Shown here piece after piece: positions 51,965 through 64,000 of a stretch of DNA of 64,000 bases (position 1 is the first letter of the stretch; each line of letters begins with the position of its first letter). Origin of the DNA: Vicugna vicugna (lineage: Eukaryota). The stretch spans positions 1,609,319 to 1,673,318 of the forward strand of contig MU061579.1 of NCBI GenBank assembly GCA_013265495.1. Reading direction: 5' to 3'. A program made the translations under genes and the position numbers. The notes beneath the pieces were generated by a model. That model searched no databases. It worked only from the letters and a program-made list of their open reading frames with translations, and was not told the origin of the DNA.

Positions 51965-52140
51965 ACAACTTGGGGGATGACGCTGGCAACAACTGAGTTA
52001 AGGCAGGCAGCGAGAGAAACACGTGTAGAAGGAAGATCAGGAATTATATTGGGGATGTAATGACTGAGAGGATTATTAGACATGCCTTAGACAGTTTGCT
52101 ATCTGAGTTGAGAGTTCAGGACAATGCCTGGGCTGGACTT
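51965..52140 (-). mobile_element. L2 fragment
   Basis: 'ggaagatcaggaattatattggggatgt...ttagacat...gagagttcaggacaatgcctgggctgga'. Confidence 0.6.
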
Positions 52141-53381
52141 CATCAGAGGACGCGGAAGCTCCCTAACAAAAGGTAGAGGAAAAAGGAGCCTGAGGAGCAC
52201 ATTAGTGCCATCACTGCTACATAATCACAGTTGACCGCTGGCCTTATAAATCTAAGTACATTATACGAATCTCCTCTGCTGTCTTCTGCAAATGGAAGTT
52301 TCTCCAGGAGGATCGGCCTTTCTCCAAATAAAAAAGGTGATGCTGGAGAGCAGGTGCTTAGTAAATTTACATTTCCATAACTAAGAACTGTCAATTGGTT
52401 ACATTTCCATAATAAAGAAATCAATTGATTTCTGTCAAAAAGATACAAAATTTGCTCCAAGGAGATTTGATGTTTCTTTGAAAATGTTAAAAAGCAATAC
52501 TCTTTCCATATCTGGCCTCTGCAGCCAATATCGACCTTGAAAGGTTAAAGTACATACAGACATATTAACATGTATAAGTAAAGATACATATGTATGGTGT
52601 GAGATGTGCATATATTTACACATGAACATATATATATATATATACACATACATATACACAGAAGTACATAAATGTTCACAATTAAGAGTTGAAACCTAAT
52701 TATTTACGTGTGCATACTCAAATCAGCCAGTAAAATCAGCTAGTGGGTGAAATCCAAATATTGTCTTTATTTTCTAATTAATTTTGGCACCTTTAGATGA
52801 CTTCCTCATTCCTCAACATTTTTCAACAGTTAGCTTATAATTTTATAACTACAGTGTTAACTCATTAGAGAAAATGAGTGAAGGTGATTGCATTACAGAA
52901 ATGGTCAGAAATTAAACCAAATATGACTATATAGACGGGGACATTCAGATGTTACGAAAGCATTATATGTGATAAAAATAGTTCTTTTACTTAAACTTTC
53001 TTGTATACTGTAGATAATCTTACTGAAGTCTGAAACAGTTTTCTGAACAGTCAATTTTTTAGTATAAAATTACTACTGTTTTAAAGTATAGTTTCTTTAG
53101 AATTATGTGACTTTATGATAAATCTTTGAAATCTGTGCTCAGATGAAACCAGTTGATTGCAATTAGAAGAAGATTTGTTATTTTTGCTATAAGTTTAGAA
53201 TTATTGGCATTCGTAGTAAAAACTCAAAACATGCTCAGACCTACTATAGATTTAAATGAAAATATGACTATCTCTGGTCAAGAGAAGCCAATAGATTTGC
53301 AAAAATTTAGCAATCAAGTTAGTAAACAGTGAAAACACTGAAGAATTATTGGGTGATAGTTGCTTTTCAACATAGCAAGTT

Positions 53382-54945
53382 ATTTTTAACAGATTTGTTT
53401 ATGAGATAAAATTTACATAGAATGAATGATATAGATACAACTAAAATTTTTTGACAAATGTTTACACCTATTTAACCAACATCCCAATAGGACAGGGTAC
53501 ATTTCCATCCATACAAAGAATTCATTCACACTTGGCTCACAAAAGTTAATCACTTTTCTAATTTCTAGCACCAGAGGTTAGTTTTGCTTATTTTGAGTTT
53601 ATATGAAAGAAATTATACTGTATGTACTGTTTTTGTCCTTGGATTCTTTAATTAACAGAATGTTTTTGAGAATATTTTTATCTTCATTGCACTGTAGAAA
53701 TTATAAATTTACTTTTTATTGTTAATTAGTGTTCCACTATATGAATATTCTACAGTTCGTCACTTGTCCTGAAGATAGGCATTGGGATTATTTCTGGATT
53801 TTGGCAACAATAAGTAGAAATGTTATGAACATACATAGGTAGTCTTTTCTGGATAGATATTATGACTTCTGTTCAGTAAATACCTAGGAGTAGAAATTCT
53901 GAGCCTTAAAATAAGTGTATATTTAACTTAATAAGAAAATGCCTAAGAGTTTTCCAGAGTGTTGTCTAAATTTACATTCCTTCCAGAATTATATGAGAAT
54001 ACATTTTGTTCCACATCTTTCTCAATACTTGATTTTTTCACTCTTTAGAATTGTCTTCTATTTTTAAAATTGTAATTATTCTAATGGATGTACTATGTAT
54101 CCATTATAGTTTTAATTTTCATCTCTCCAATGATTAAACATATTGACCACCATTTATTTACTTACTTGACATTTGTAAACCTCCCTTGATAATCTTTATG
54201 TGCAAGTCTTTTGCTCACTTAAAAAAAAAAAAAACTAATTTCCTTGTCTTTTTAGTTTTCAACTGTAAAATTTTTTTATATTTTCTTAATAGAAACCATT
54301 TCAGATATATGCATTACAAATATTTTCTTCCATATGTAGCTGTCTTTTCATTTTCTTATGATCTTTTTAGATACGTAGACATTTTCCACTTGGGTGATAT
54401 ACAATTTAATTTTTTCTCTTATGATTAGTTCTTTTTGCATCCTCTGTCAGAAATTTTTTCCCATTATGAGACGGAGAAAATATTCTCCTCATATTCTTTT
54501 ATTTCTAGATACGTTATAGATTTGTTTTTATCTTTAGGCCTGTGAAATAATCTCAAACTGATTTTGATGTATGTTATGAGATAGGGGTTGAGGCTTTTTT
54601 TATTCTAGGTAAGTATGTACTTGTTGCAGTATAACTTGTGGAAAAAAAAAAAAAACCTTTCTCTATTTCATTCCTTTTCCTTAGCCCTAACATACAGGCT
54701 GAATCTATTTCTGGATACTCTATTCTCTTCCACTGAGCTATTCATCTGTAATTATGCCAATGACATGTTACCTGGAACACTGTAATTGTATAGTAAATTG
54801 TGAAATCAGCTAGTGTGAGTATTCCAACTAGTGTCTTTATTTTCTAGATAATTTTGGCAATTCTAGATTATTTCCTCATTTCCCTACAATTTTGCAATCA
54901 GCTTAGAAATTTCTATAAAAACAATTATTGAGGTTTAAATGCATA
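53382..54945 (-). mobile_element. Old L1 (L1MB8/L1ME1-like) 3' region
   Basis: 'gagataaaatttacatag...ttttgacaaatg...taaatacctaggagtagaaatt...tgaaatcagctagtgtgagtattccaact'. Confidence 0.85.
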
Positions 54946-55403
54946 TGTGTAAATATATTTAACTATAATTATGTACAAATATGTTTAGATATAGATGCAG
55001 AGCTCTCTTTTTATATCTATCTAAGAAAGATATATCTAAGATTTATTTCTGAGATAATATTATATTGTTAGCAAAATGGAAAAAGAAAGGAAAAATGTTA
55101 TTATTCACAGATGATAGAAATTTTGATCAGAAATTGGGCTGTTTAAATTACCCTTTTTTATAGATCATAAAACTGAAGCAAACTAGGTAAATTATTTTGT
55201 TGTTTTCTTCTTTCAGCTTCTCAGCATAACTTGAGGTTACAGCATGGAGGTACTTTTCGGTCACAGGGATGGCTAATGGGGGAATGTTTTCTTAACCCCA
55301 TCTGGTGTTCTTTCAAATTATTTGCACATGATATCTCAAGTCCAGGTTGCTGGAATATCATAACTCCAAAATCAATATGACACATTTGGAAAAGAATTCG
55401 TAA

Positions 55404-55991
55404 TGAAGGAGGATTAATAAAATGGCCTCACTTAGGCTAACAGATTGCTTATTCTTATGCTTGCCCTTAAAACGTCGACTGACCTGACTGACCGGTTGCT
55501 ACTCACGGTTCCATGCCCACTGTTGAAACTAAAGCTACTGATCTTACTGCTTCTACTTTATTCCAGTAATTGAAAGTAATAATCATGCTTGGTCTCTGAG
55601 TCCTTCTCCAAGGAGAAGGTCACAGGACTATAACCTTACAAAACAGCCTGAATTGCCCAGAAGACCAAGCTTAGAGTACATACAAGATAAAGAGATCTAA
55701 CTGCTGGCCTCTATAGAACTGGCCTCCTGGAGGCATCATGATGCCATTCTGTCTTCTGATGAGAAAATGATTCTGTTGACTGTTATCGATGCTTCATTGT
55801 TCGAGCTACGGCTGTATAACTGCTCCACTCCATCTCCAAGGTGGGTTCGCAGTTTTGAAGGCACTAGTCTGCTGTGGGTCCCCTTTGCCCGGCAAAGCAA
55901 TAAAAAAAACTGCCTCTTTTTTTCTAAGCTCCAAGACCTTGTCTCTGAGTTATCTGGCTCGTCAGGGAGAGGGTCCGATCTTTCAGCAACA
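55404..55991 (+). mobile_element. ERV1-class solo LTR, intact (588 bp)
   Basis: TG...CA ends with a 4-bp TSD gtaa (55400-55403, 55992-55995). TATAA at 55815 and AATAAA at 55899; many CpGs retained. Confidence 0.88.
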
Positions 55992-56324
55992 GTAATATTC
56001 CAATTAGTATATTCTACTCCCAGAAAATGGTGTGTTCTATGTCTACTGTTCAGTATCCTCTCTCTTTCTTATACTTTTTCCTATTCTATGTGTCTGAGTC
56101 ATTACCATCCTTCAAGTCAAGTTTAAAATTCTCAATGATTTTTTTTTTAACTTGGTGTTTGTTATTGACATTTGTTAGGCAATGATTTGTATGCATCTTT
56201 CATTTTTAGCAACAAGAGTCCTGTGTACGGCAGGGAAACAAGAGCAATGTCTTAAGGAATTATCACCCTCACATATCACCAGCAAAACCTCATATCTGGA
56301 TACCTGGAAAATAAATATTGATTA

Positions 56325-56560
56325 GATAATAGTAACGATGTAGCCATGGCTAACATTTATGGTTTCTCCACTATTTCCAGACATTTTGCTAAATTTCTCT
56401 TTCAGTTTATGACTCAGGTACTTTTATTGTGCACATTTTTAAAGTGAGAACACTGTTCAGGTTCAAGAATTTGCCCAGTCCCTAACTCTGATAGTGGAGG
56501 AGTTGGGAACAAGCTTAGTCAATTTGACTTCAGGATTTTATGCTTAGAACACTAGACTAT
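56325..56560 (-). mobile_element. MIR SINE
   Basis: 'ggctaacatttatgg...ccagacattttgctaa...aagtgagaacactg...ttgcccagtc'. Confidence 0.7.
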
Positions 56561-56692
56561 AGAGCATCTCATGATAAAGTGTATCATTTCTTTTAAATTT
56601 TGGCTAAAAAGGACTGCAAATTTTGTTTTTATTTGGATGTATACTTTTATATACCTCCCTTTTTAATGTCAAGCAAAATTGAAATCTCCTCA

Positions 56693-57147
56693 TGTTAATT
56701 ATACTAAAAGTACAGCCTAAAAGTTAAGAGTCATGTTTTATTTGGCGGACTCAAACCCCTTCGAGCCCAGGATGACAGCCTCTCAGGAGGAGCTAGGATA
56801 TATAGGAGCTTTACAGCAAAGACCAGGTAATTGAAACATTAAAAGATTACTTGTTAACTAAAGAAAACCAGGCATCTCAAGTTAAAGAATTTAGTGCTTT
56901 TCTATGTATGGGAGGAAGCAAACCTTTGGGCTCATTGAATTTATTCCTTTGACAAGCCCCTAGCTATCTAATATCTAGGGCTCCTGTCCTTTCTTATTCT
57001 GAGTCCCCTCAGGGTGCACTATTATGAGTGGCTGCAGAGGCCGGGCTGCGGGCTTGTCTTCCCTGGGGGGTGAAGCGGCTGCCACTGTTGACTTGATGGC
57101 TTCAGCATTCTTTGTTTACTGATGTGGTTTGCAGTATTTCATTCACA
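56693..57147 (-). mobile_element. MER41-like ERV1 solo LTR
   Basis: The minus strand starts 'tgtgaatgaaatactgcaaaccacatcagtaaacaaagaatgctgaagccatcaag', with a TATA box (cctatatatcc) and AATAAA near 56737. TSD not resolved. Confidence 0.8.
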
Positions 57148-57436
57148 ATCTTTCTGACTAGTAATTTTCATTTCTAACTTATATTGGGAGAAAGAAGGTG
57201 GCATTACCATTTTTAGTATGAGCCTACACTTAGGTGGTTTAGACTGTTGGATTTCTGTTTGCTGAAAATATAAAAGGGAAAAATATTCAGATAACCTTCA
57301 AGGTTTAATAAAATATTGCTACCTTTTTAATGTTGATATTGGTGATTTAACATAGTAATAGATTTGTTGAATTTTTTAAAATAGCATAAACAATGCAATT
57401 TTTTGTTTGTTTATTTCTAAATTTTAACCTTGAGGG

Positions 57437-57561
57437 TTTTTTGGGGGGAGGCATGTAATTAGGTTTATTTGTTCATTTATTTATTAATGGAGGTATTTAG
57501 GGTTGAACCCAGGACCTCATGCATGCTAAGCGTACACTCTACCACTAAGCTATACCCTCCC
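57437..57561 (-). mobile_element. tRNA-derived SINE of camelid type (vic-1-like)
   Basis: The minus strand reads 'gggagggtatagcttagtggtagagtgtacgcttagcatgcatgaggtcctgggttcaaccc', with Pol III A and B boxes and an A-rich tail 'aaataaacctaattac'. Confidence 0.88.
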
Positions 57562-57574
57562 TGCTGTCCATTTA

Positions 57575-57856
57575 TTTTCAGAAACCCCTGCATGCATAGC
57601 CAAATACCCTGCCTTCCTTCCAATAAAAATGCCTGAACTGTCGGTACCTCTCTCTGTGGACGACTCTTCTCCTTGGGCCCAGGATCGCAACCCCTCTTGG
57701 CTGATCAAGAACGTCTCTCCAGGTATTTCTCCTCTCTCTTCCACATCACCGTCTTCTTTCCATTCTCATAAAATTCTGCCTCGTCTTAGACACATGCTGA
57801 TATTTAATTCCAAACATAACCACATCCCTCCTCAAACTCCTCAAACGCTTCCCACC
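57575..57856 (+). mobile_element. L2 fragment
   Basis: Pyrimidine-rich 'tgaactgtcggtacctctctct...ttgggcccaggatcgcaacccctcttggctgatcaagaac'. Confidence 0.6.
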
Positions 57857-58374
57857 TGTCTTCGTTTCCTGCGGCTTATGTAACAAGTTACCACCAATGT
57901 GGTTTTTTAAAAAAAGCAAACAACAACAACAACAAAAAATGTATTCTCTTAAAGCCTGCAAGTCAAAAGCCCCAAATCACTTCACTGCGCTAAAATCCAG
58001 GAGTTAACAGGAGGCCCGTGGGCAGTATCCCTTCCCTAGCCTTCTCAAGTTACTAGAGCCACATTCCTGACATTTCATGGCTTGTAGCCCTTTAACTACA
58101 TCAATAAAGCCCACAGCAAAGCGTCTTATTTCAGGTGTCACAGTGCTTTCTTCCTCTGCGTCAAAGTACCCCCTGCCTCCCTCTTCTGAAGACCTTTGTG
58201 GTTACATTTAGGGCCAGTGTGGCCAATCCAGGATAATCGCCTCATGTCAATATCCTTAATTTAATCACATCTGGAAAGGTCCTTTTGCCATATAAAGCAA
58301 CATTCATGGGTTCCAGGGATTAGGACCTTGATATTGGGGGTTGGGGGGTTGGTGCATTATTCAGTCTTCTCTCA
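57857..58374 (-). mobile_element. MaLR solo LTR (MLT1C/D-like)
   Basis: 'gtttcctgcggcttatgtaacaagttaccac...aatccaggataatc...atccttaatttaatcacatctggaaagg...ggttccagggattaggac'. Confidence 0.88.
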
Positions 58375-58399
58375 AATATTAAAGAAATGTTAAAGAAAA

Positions 58400-58850
58400 T
58401 ATCCTTTTCTGACCTCCAACACCTTCTCTGACCTCATGTGCTACCGCTCTGAGATTTTGTCACTGTCCTCTGAGTGCACCAACTTCCAGGAAGTTCCCAT
58501 TGCATACCTTCTGTGCTTCTACTTCAGGGCCTTGGCATATGCTGCTTCCTCTGCTCTGAATGCTCTCTTAGGTAACCACTGGGTAATTTCTTCAATTTCC
58601 ATAGATCTCTTCCACAGTGTTGGATGAGCACAGATTTCCCATGCCAAATAACAGTATAATAACATCTCCCCCATCCCCATTATTTCCCTGACCTGGCTTC
58701 TTCTTTCTTCTATATCATGATCATCCCTCAACATATAAATACTTCTTGTTTGTCTCTCCCCACTAGACTAGCAGCTCCCTGAGGGCAAGGATAGTATTGG
58801 TGTTTCTGCTATGTCTCCAGTGCCTAGAAGAGAGCTCACTTGTTGAGTCA
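58400..58850 (+). mobile_element. L2 3' region
   Basis: 'cttcagggccttggcatatgctgcttcctctgc...tgtctctccccactagac...ctccctgagggcaagga...tctccagtgcctaga'. Confidence 0.8.
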
Positions 58851-59254
58851 ATATTTTCAAGTTCACAGCTCCTGGAGTTGCAATTCATATTCCTCATTCT
58901 ACAAGAAAAACATGAGCATTATGGGTCAACATAACTAAACTGACAGATAAGTAATTTATTTTGGGTCAAAGGGAAGTCCAAAAAAAAAAAATCACAAAAT
59001 GGATAAATCACTCTGTTCACTCATAAATCATACAAATGTTTAGATTATAATTTACCTCTAGGAAGCATATGAAAAACGTAAAGAAAAACTGTGGTTACAT
59101 ATTAATTACTCAAAACATTAACTCATGACACAGAACCCTGAGGACATAAGTACTTTATTGCAATTACCATTTTATTCCAATAGGATTATAAATATAGTGA
59201 TGAATTCTAGCTTTATATGCAACATAAACTTGAAAGGAAAAAACTTTTGGAATA

Positions 59255-59465
59255 AGCAGCATAGTATTTGGATTCAGATCATTCAGTTTAGGTAAAAGCT
59301 CTATCATTTATTGGTTATTTGAGCTCTTCTGCAAGTATTCTAGGGGGAAAAAAATCTCTTTAAGCTGTTAGCCCATTTCCTCAACTGAAAAATGATAATA
59401 AAACACCTTATTGGTCATGAGATGAAGTTAAATCTCATACATGAAACTGATTTGTAAGCTGTAAA
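59255..59465 (+). mobile_element. MIR SINE
   Basis: 'cccatttcctcaactgaaaaatgataataaaacacctta'. Confidence 0.6.
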
Positions 59466-61096
59466 TTCCAACACTGGTATTTTTACTAAAGAAATAATGC
59501 ATTTCTATTCTTAATGTTTCTCATGGGTTTATTGATTTTACTTATTCAAAACATAATCTTATTCAAAGACTGATTTTATAAACTACAGAAAAAAATGAGT
59601 TTTTAGAAAATCTCTCAGATTGAATCTAAGAGGTGGTAACCAATAATATTGGTTATTTAGATGTTCTGAATACTATTATATTGCTTTGTGTATGTTATCC
59701 TTTATCCTGAAAATTAGCCAGTTTTATAAAAACAATGGAAATCTATAGGTACTTTATTTTCCCAAAGACACAGCAATAATTATAGATTAAATCTGTGAAG
59801 TTGAGCAAATCAACTTGTTTGACCCACAACTTATATTCCTCCCCACCCCAATTATTAGTTAGGTTTCCTGAGATACTGGTGGTCTAAGCATTTCTATATA
59901 ACAACAAACTTATCAATATTTTTTCCCTTTACAGTTCCCAAATACAACTTAGAAATATTAAGTTAATTGCAATCTGTCTATATTTTCTCCAATGCCCATT
60001 TTTTTACTTACACAAATACATAGTTCGGAATATTCACTTTTTCCACATGCTTGTGCAGAAACTGTTGTGTTATAGATGTTGTCTTCCTCTCTCATTGTAA
60101 TGCCGTCACTTAGAACTGTAGTAAAATTCTCCATGTATGCACATCTGTGTGTTTGCATGTGCATGTGTGTGTGTACACATGTGTGCGTGCACACGTGTGC
60201 AAGCATTTGGGAGGAAGAATTTCTTAAACTTAATAAAGTGAGAATAATCATTCATAATCCTTAAAATAACTGAATCTAAGAATAAGTGTTGCCAAAGAGT
60301 CAGATGAGACATAGGATCAAGGAAGCTCCACTGGATAGATGTTAGTTTCAGCTGAGTAAATTCATTCTCCAAATTTTAAATTTTTAAAAATAAGGGAAGG
60401 ATATGGCTTAAAACTAATTGTTGAGACTACTAATATTTTTGAAAACCAATAGATGAGCAATGCTTCTTAAGCTTAACCCCTTAGAATAAAGCAAAGTTTG
60501 AAACTGTAACAGTTTCCTCACCTTTTACTAACTTGGCTCTAGGAAGATGTTTTACGATGTGCTCCATAGCATTTTTCAAATATGAGGAGAAAAGTTGTTA
60601 TAATCACTATTTTTAATGAAGCAATCCATTTATTATTACCATTCTCCTACTATGATTGTTATCATAATTATTAATTCTATCTAAAAACACAGAAATATAG
60701 CAAACATAAGTGGCTCTAAAAGAATTTCTGGGGAAATTCCATATTATCAATAAGTAGCTTTTGGAAATTTTGGGGGAAATCCCTTATTATCTATTTATTC
60801 TTCAGTACAGATTTAGTGATTTATAGAAAGATATACAAATGTAGATTTTAATTGTTAGGAAATATTAGAAAAATCATAACACATTTTGAAACTGATTAAC
60901 CATAATTATCAATTTTTTAATGAGGATCATCTTTTCTTCAGATTTTCATATAGACCCCTTATTTAAAAAAAAGAGTTCTCACCATTGCCCATGGTCTATA
61001 GATCATTAGTAAAGAACTTCCTGGAGAAATATATACACTACATTTTCTCTGCCTTTTCATAGTATCACTTGAGAGATACAGAAGTCCCAAGTCTTC

Positions 61097-61388
61097 TTTT
61101 TTTAATTTTTTTTAATTGAAGTAGAGTCGATTTACAATGTTGTATTAATTTCAGGTGTCCAGCATAGTGATTCATTTATTCATATATATATTTAGTCATA
61201 TATATATATATATATCCCTTTTCATCTTCTTTTTCATTATAGGCTATTACAAGGTATTGAATATAGTTCCCTGTGCTGTACAGTAGGACCTTGTTGTTTA
61301 GCTAGTTTACCTACTTTATATACAGTTATTGGCATTTACAAATCTCAAACTCCCAACTTATCCCTCCCCTCCCCTTTTCCCTGGTAAG
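61097..61388 (-). mobile_element. Short L1 3' end (older type)
   Basis: 'ttaattgaagtagagtcgatttacaatgttgtattaatttcaggtgtccagc...gaatatagttccctgtgctgtacagtaggaccttgttgttt'. Confidence 0.92.
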
Positions 61389-63468
61389 CTTACAAAGTCT
61401 CATTTTGAAGTAAGTTTGGAGTAATGCTTGCAGAAAATGCTATGGTTTGATTTAATTTAGCAGAAAAAAATTTTTAATGTCAAATCTAGTTTTCAGAGGA
61501 CTATTTTCCATAAGAATTAACAACTAAAGCACCCTGACAGAGACTAAAAATTTTGACTTAGTTGACCTACTTCTTGCCAAACTATTTTTGGGCGTGTGTG
61601 TGTGTGTTTTATTTAACTAGGAGATTTTATATATTAAATTGAAGATAATAGAATCATGTAGTAGTCCAAATTTTCACATAATCCCAAGTACTAACTATAA
61701 GGGAAACTGTATCTAGATCAAGGGAATATAAAAAATTTCATGATCTATCTGAGGGCCTGGACAATTTCATACCCTCTCTGTTTTTCATAATGTCTATAAT
61801 ATAGAGCATCATAATACATGTTAAATAATATGCATGAAACTGAGTAAAGTGTGGGTCCTGAGTTAACTTGTTTTAGTATCTGTTCTTATAATAACATAAC
61901 ATTAATATTTGGTGTGTACAATCACCAGTAAAATGTTATGTGTAAAAGTTATGTAGAAATACTGGAGTATATTTTTTGAAAAAAGGCTGCCCACAGAAAG
62001 GCTTCTTGTACTATACTGCAGTTAGCTTCTGAACTTCAGAAACCCTAGGCAGGGAAAATTTGTGTCAAGTGATGGATAGTGACACACGTGGTGAAAATCA
62101 GCTACAGTGCAGTGTGTAGTCTGTATCACACTTTGATTGCCCTGTCACCTCCCACCTGCACAATCCCAGCACACAAGGCAAGAAGGGTTTTTTTTTTTCT
62201 TTTTGGACCTTCAAGAATTAGGTTAGGCAAGGAAAGTTCCAGATTTTGAGGGGAAAAGGCAGTAAATGTTAGAAGCTAGCCTCCTAATATTCCTGATGCC
62301 CATCTTCTGGGAGGTTGTTTGGATACTTAAGTGTTGATCACAGGCTACCAGGAGGGTAGCCAACATTTAATTCTGCTCTCTCTCCCCACAGTTAAGAGCG
62401 GTGTCCAAGGACACATCAAATCATAAAAGCTTACCTCCTGAGCCCCTTCTGTAATCCTCTCTCTAGAAACATTTATGCGACCCCTCAAAATCCTAGGGCC
62501 CCTATGCATAAATTCAGTGTTTGGGCTTAGGCTCTCCAAACTAGGGAGCTTAATCAGCAAGACTTGCGTCATTATTCAGACACTCTTCCCTCCGCTCTTT
62601 TCATGCTCCACTGTGAACTGAATCTCTGACATCGTGTTTCACCCATACCCCAATCCCCAGCTTCAGTAATTGAGGTTCAGTTTATCTTCACGCAACAACA
62701 TGACATCAGACAAAAGCACTACTTTCTTGCTTCGCTTGCTTCTGTTCGGGTTGCTCTTGTTCTCCACTCATCCCAGAGGAGGTGGTCTCCCTCCCCAGGA
62801 TGTGGCCACAGAAACAAGTCACAAGAACACAACACCAGTTGCACAGAATTATTATAGGCACTAATTTCAAAAAGAGTAATCAGATTTCTCACATGAATGG
62901 TGTGATTTCTTGATCTCTAAAAACAAACAAATAAACATAAAATGTGTACTCATACTAGAGAAGAGCCTTCTCCAACCTATTTGGGGACAAGAGCAGGTTT
63001 AGAGAATAGATTTCAGAAGATGTCAACAGGTAGTTTCCCACCCTCCATATACAGGTGAGTACTTCATTTGCATCCTGCCAAACTTAAGAGAAGATGGAGA
63101 GTTTTTTGGTTTTTTGTTTTAAGCCAGGAAAAACGTTTTAAAATGCCTGTGAGACATTCCTAATTCCTTATGGAATAGTCATTTTTTTCAGATGTGATTC
63201 TCTTTAAAATCTAGAGACATAAACCTAGTCTACATTAATCTGTGGGGCATTTTAAGATCTAGAGATTTCCTGAGAGCTTTCAGACTGCAAGGCTTAGAGA
63301 AAATAAGTTTTATATTGCTTTCTTGTGGTAAATTTTGCCATCCTGTAGATCATATATTAATCTCAATCTTTTGTCTTATAATAATTGTGAAATTATAGAT
63401 AAAATATAAGAAGGATTGAACAATGTAATATCATTTTAAAAAGATATCTATGATTAATTACCTATAAC

Positions 63469-63597
63469 TAGGATGACCAGAGAAACCATAAAGCCTGGTG
63501 TACCTGGGAAAATCCTGTGGTTCTGGCTTAGTTATTAACAATACCCTCTTTCTTTCTCAAAGTCATGGTTAGGGTGATAAATTGTATAGCCATTCTG
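63469..63597 (-). mobile_element. MER94-like hAT MITE
   Basis: 'taggatgacca...ttattaacaataccctctttctttctcaaagtc...gataaattgtatagccattctg'; reverse-complement similarity to 38107-38169; about 130 bp. Confidence 0.6.
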
Positions 63598-63920
63598 CCT
63601 GTAACTCATTAAAACAAGTGTTCTCAGCCTCTATTCTCCATTATTTTTATTTTGGTTTTCTTCAGGAGTGAATTATCTTTTCTTTGTTTCTCTTTTGTCA
63701 GGTTTTTTTTTTCAGAAATATTAAAAGAGTTATTTAGTAATATTGCTGTTGAAATAAATTTATAGTCTTTGCTCTTTGAATTACTAGCATAGGCCTATCA
63801 TTTATATTCTAGTTTAGTAAAGAAACAAATGCTGAGCTGAAGATTACAATACAAATATTTAGTTTAGGCCAACTTGGCTTAATGTGAAAAATTAAGAAAA
63901 TGTATTAATGTTTTTCACTA

Positions 63921-64000
63921 CATATGTGTGTGTGTATATATACACACACACACAAATGTATGTGTGTGTGTGTGGAGAGAGAGAGACAGAGAGACAGAGA
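63921..64000. repeat. Compound (TG)/(TA)/(CA)/(GA) microsatellite
   Basis: Seen directly. Confidence 0.9.

Noticed and set aside
55767..56126. 119-aa ORF
   Set aside because: It starts inside a solo LTR and crosses its boundary; no gag, pol or env motifs.
57490..57561. tRNA gene
   Set aside because: The A and B boxes belong to a SINE head followed by a SINE body and A-rich tail; the acceptor stem is imperfect.
63017..63060. Consensus donor CAG|gtgagt
   Set aside because: The upstream acceptor lacks a polypyrimidine tract, and isolated donors are common by chance.
1..64000. CRISPR array, prokaryote-type operon or defence system, or intact retroviral/transposase gene
   Set aside because: The DNA is mammalian and repeat-rich, with no regularly spaced repeats and no supplied ORF over 152 aa; every recognisable coding remnant is degenerate L1.

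Overview
This window is AT-rich, CpG-depleted placental-mammal DNA. It is most likely camelid, judging from a tRNA-derived SINE at 57437-57561 and the L1 3' ends; I saw no ruminant BovB/Bov-A, pig PRE-1, carnivore CanSINE or Alu. I find no credible protein-coding gene, RNA gene or CRISPR array. The supplied ORFs are degenerate L1 ORF2 remnants or chance ORFs. The window reads as intergenic or deep intronic sequence made of layered transposon fossils: L1 of several ages (several with intact TSDs), L2, MIR, MaLR/ERVL/ERV1 LTRs, and hAT and Tigger MITEs, with several nested insertions. I do not see a new biological system. The best leads are modest: an L1 whose 5' terminus joins directly to late ORF2, a young solo ERV1 LTR, a tandem duplication carrying two NF-kB sites, two CTCF-like motifs, and TGACA clusters in repeat-free DNA. 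Repeat subfamily names come from my recall of consensus sequences and need RepeatMasker/Dfam confirmation.
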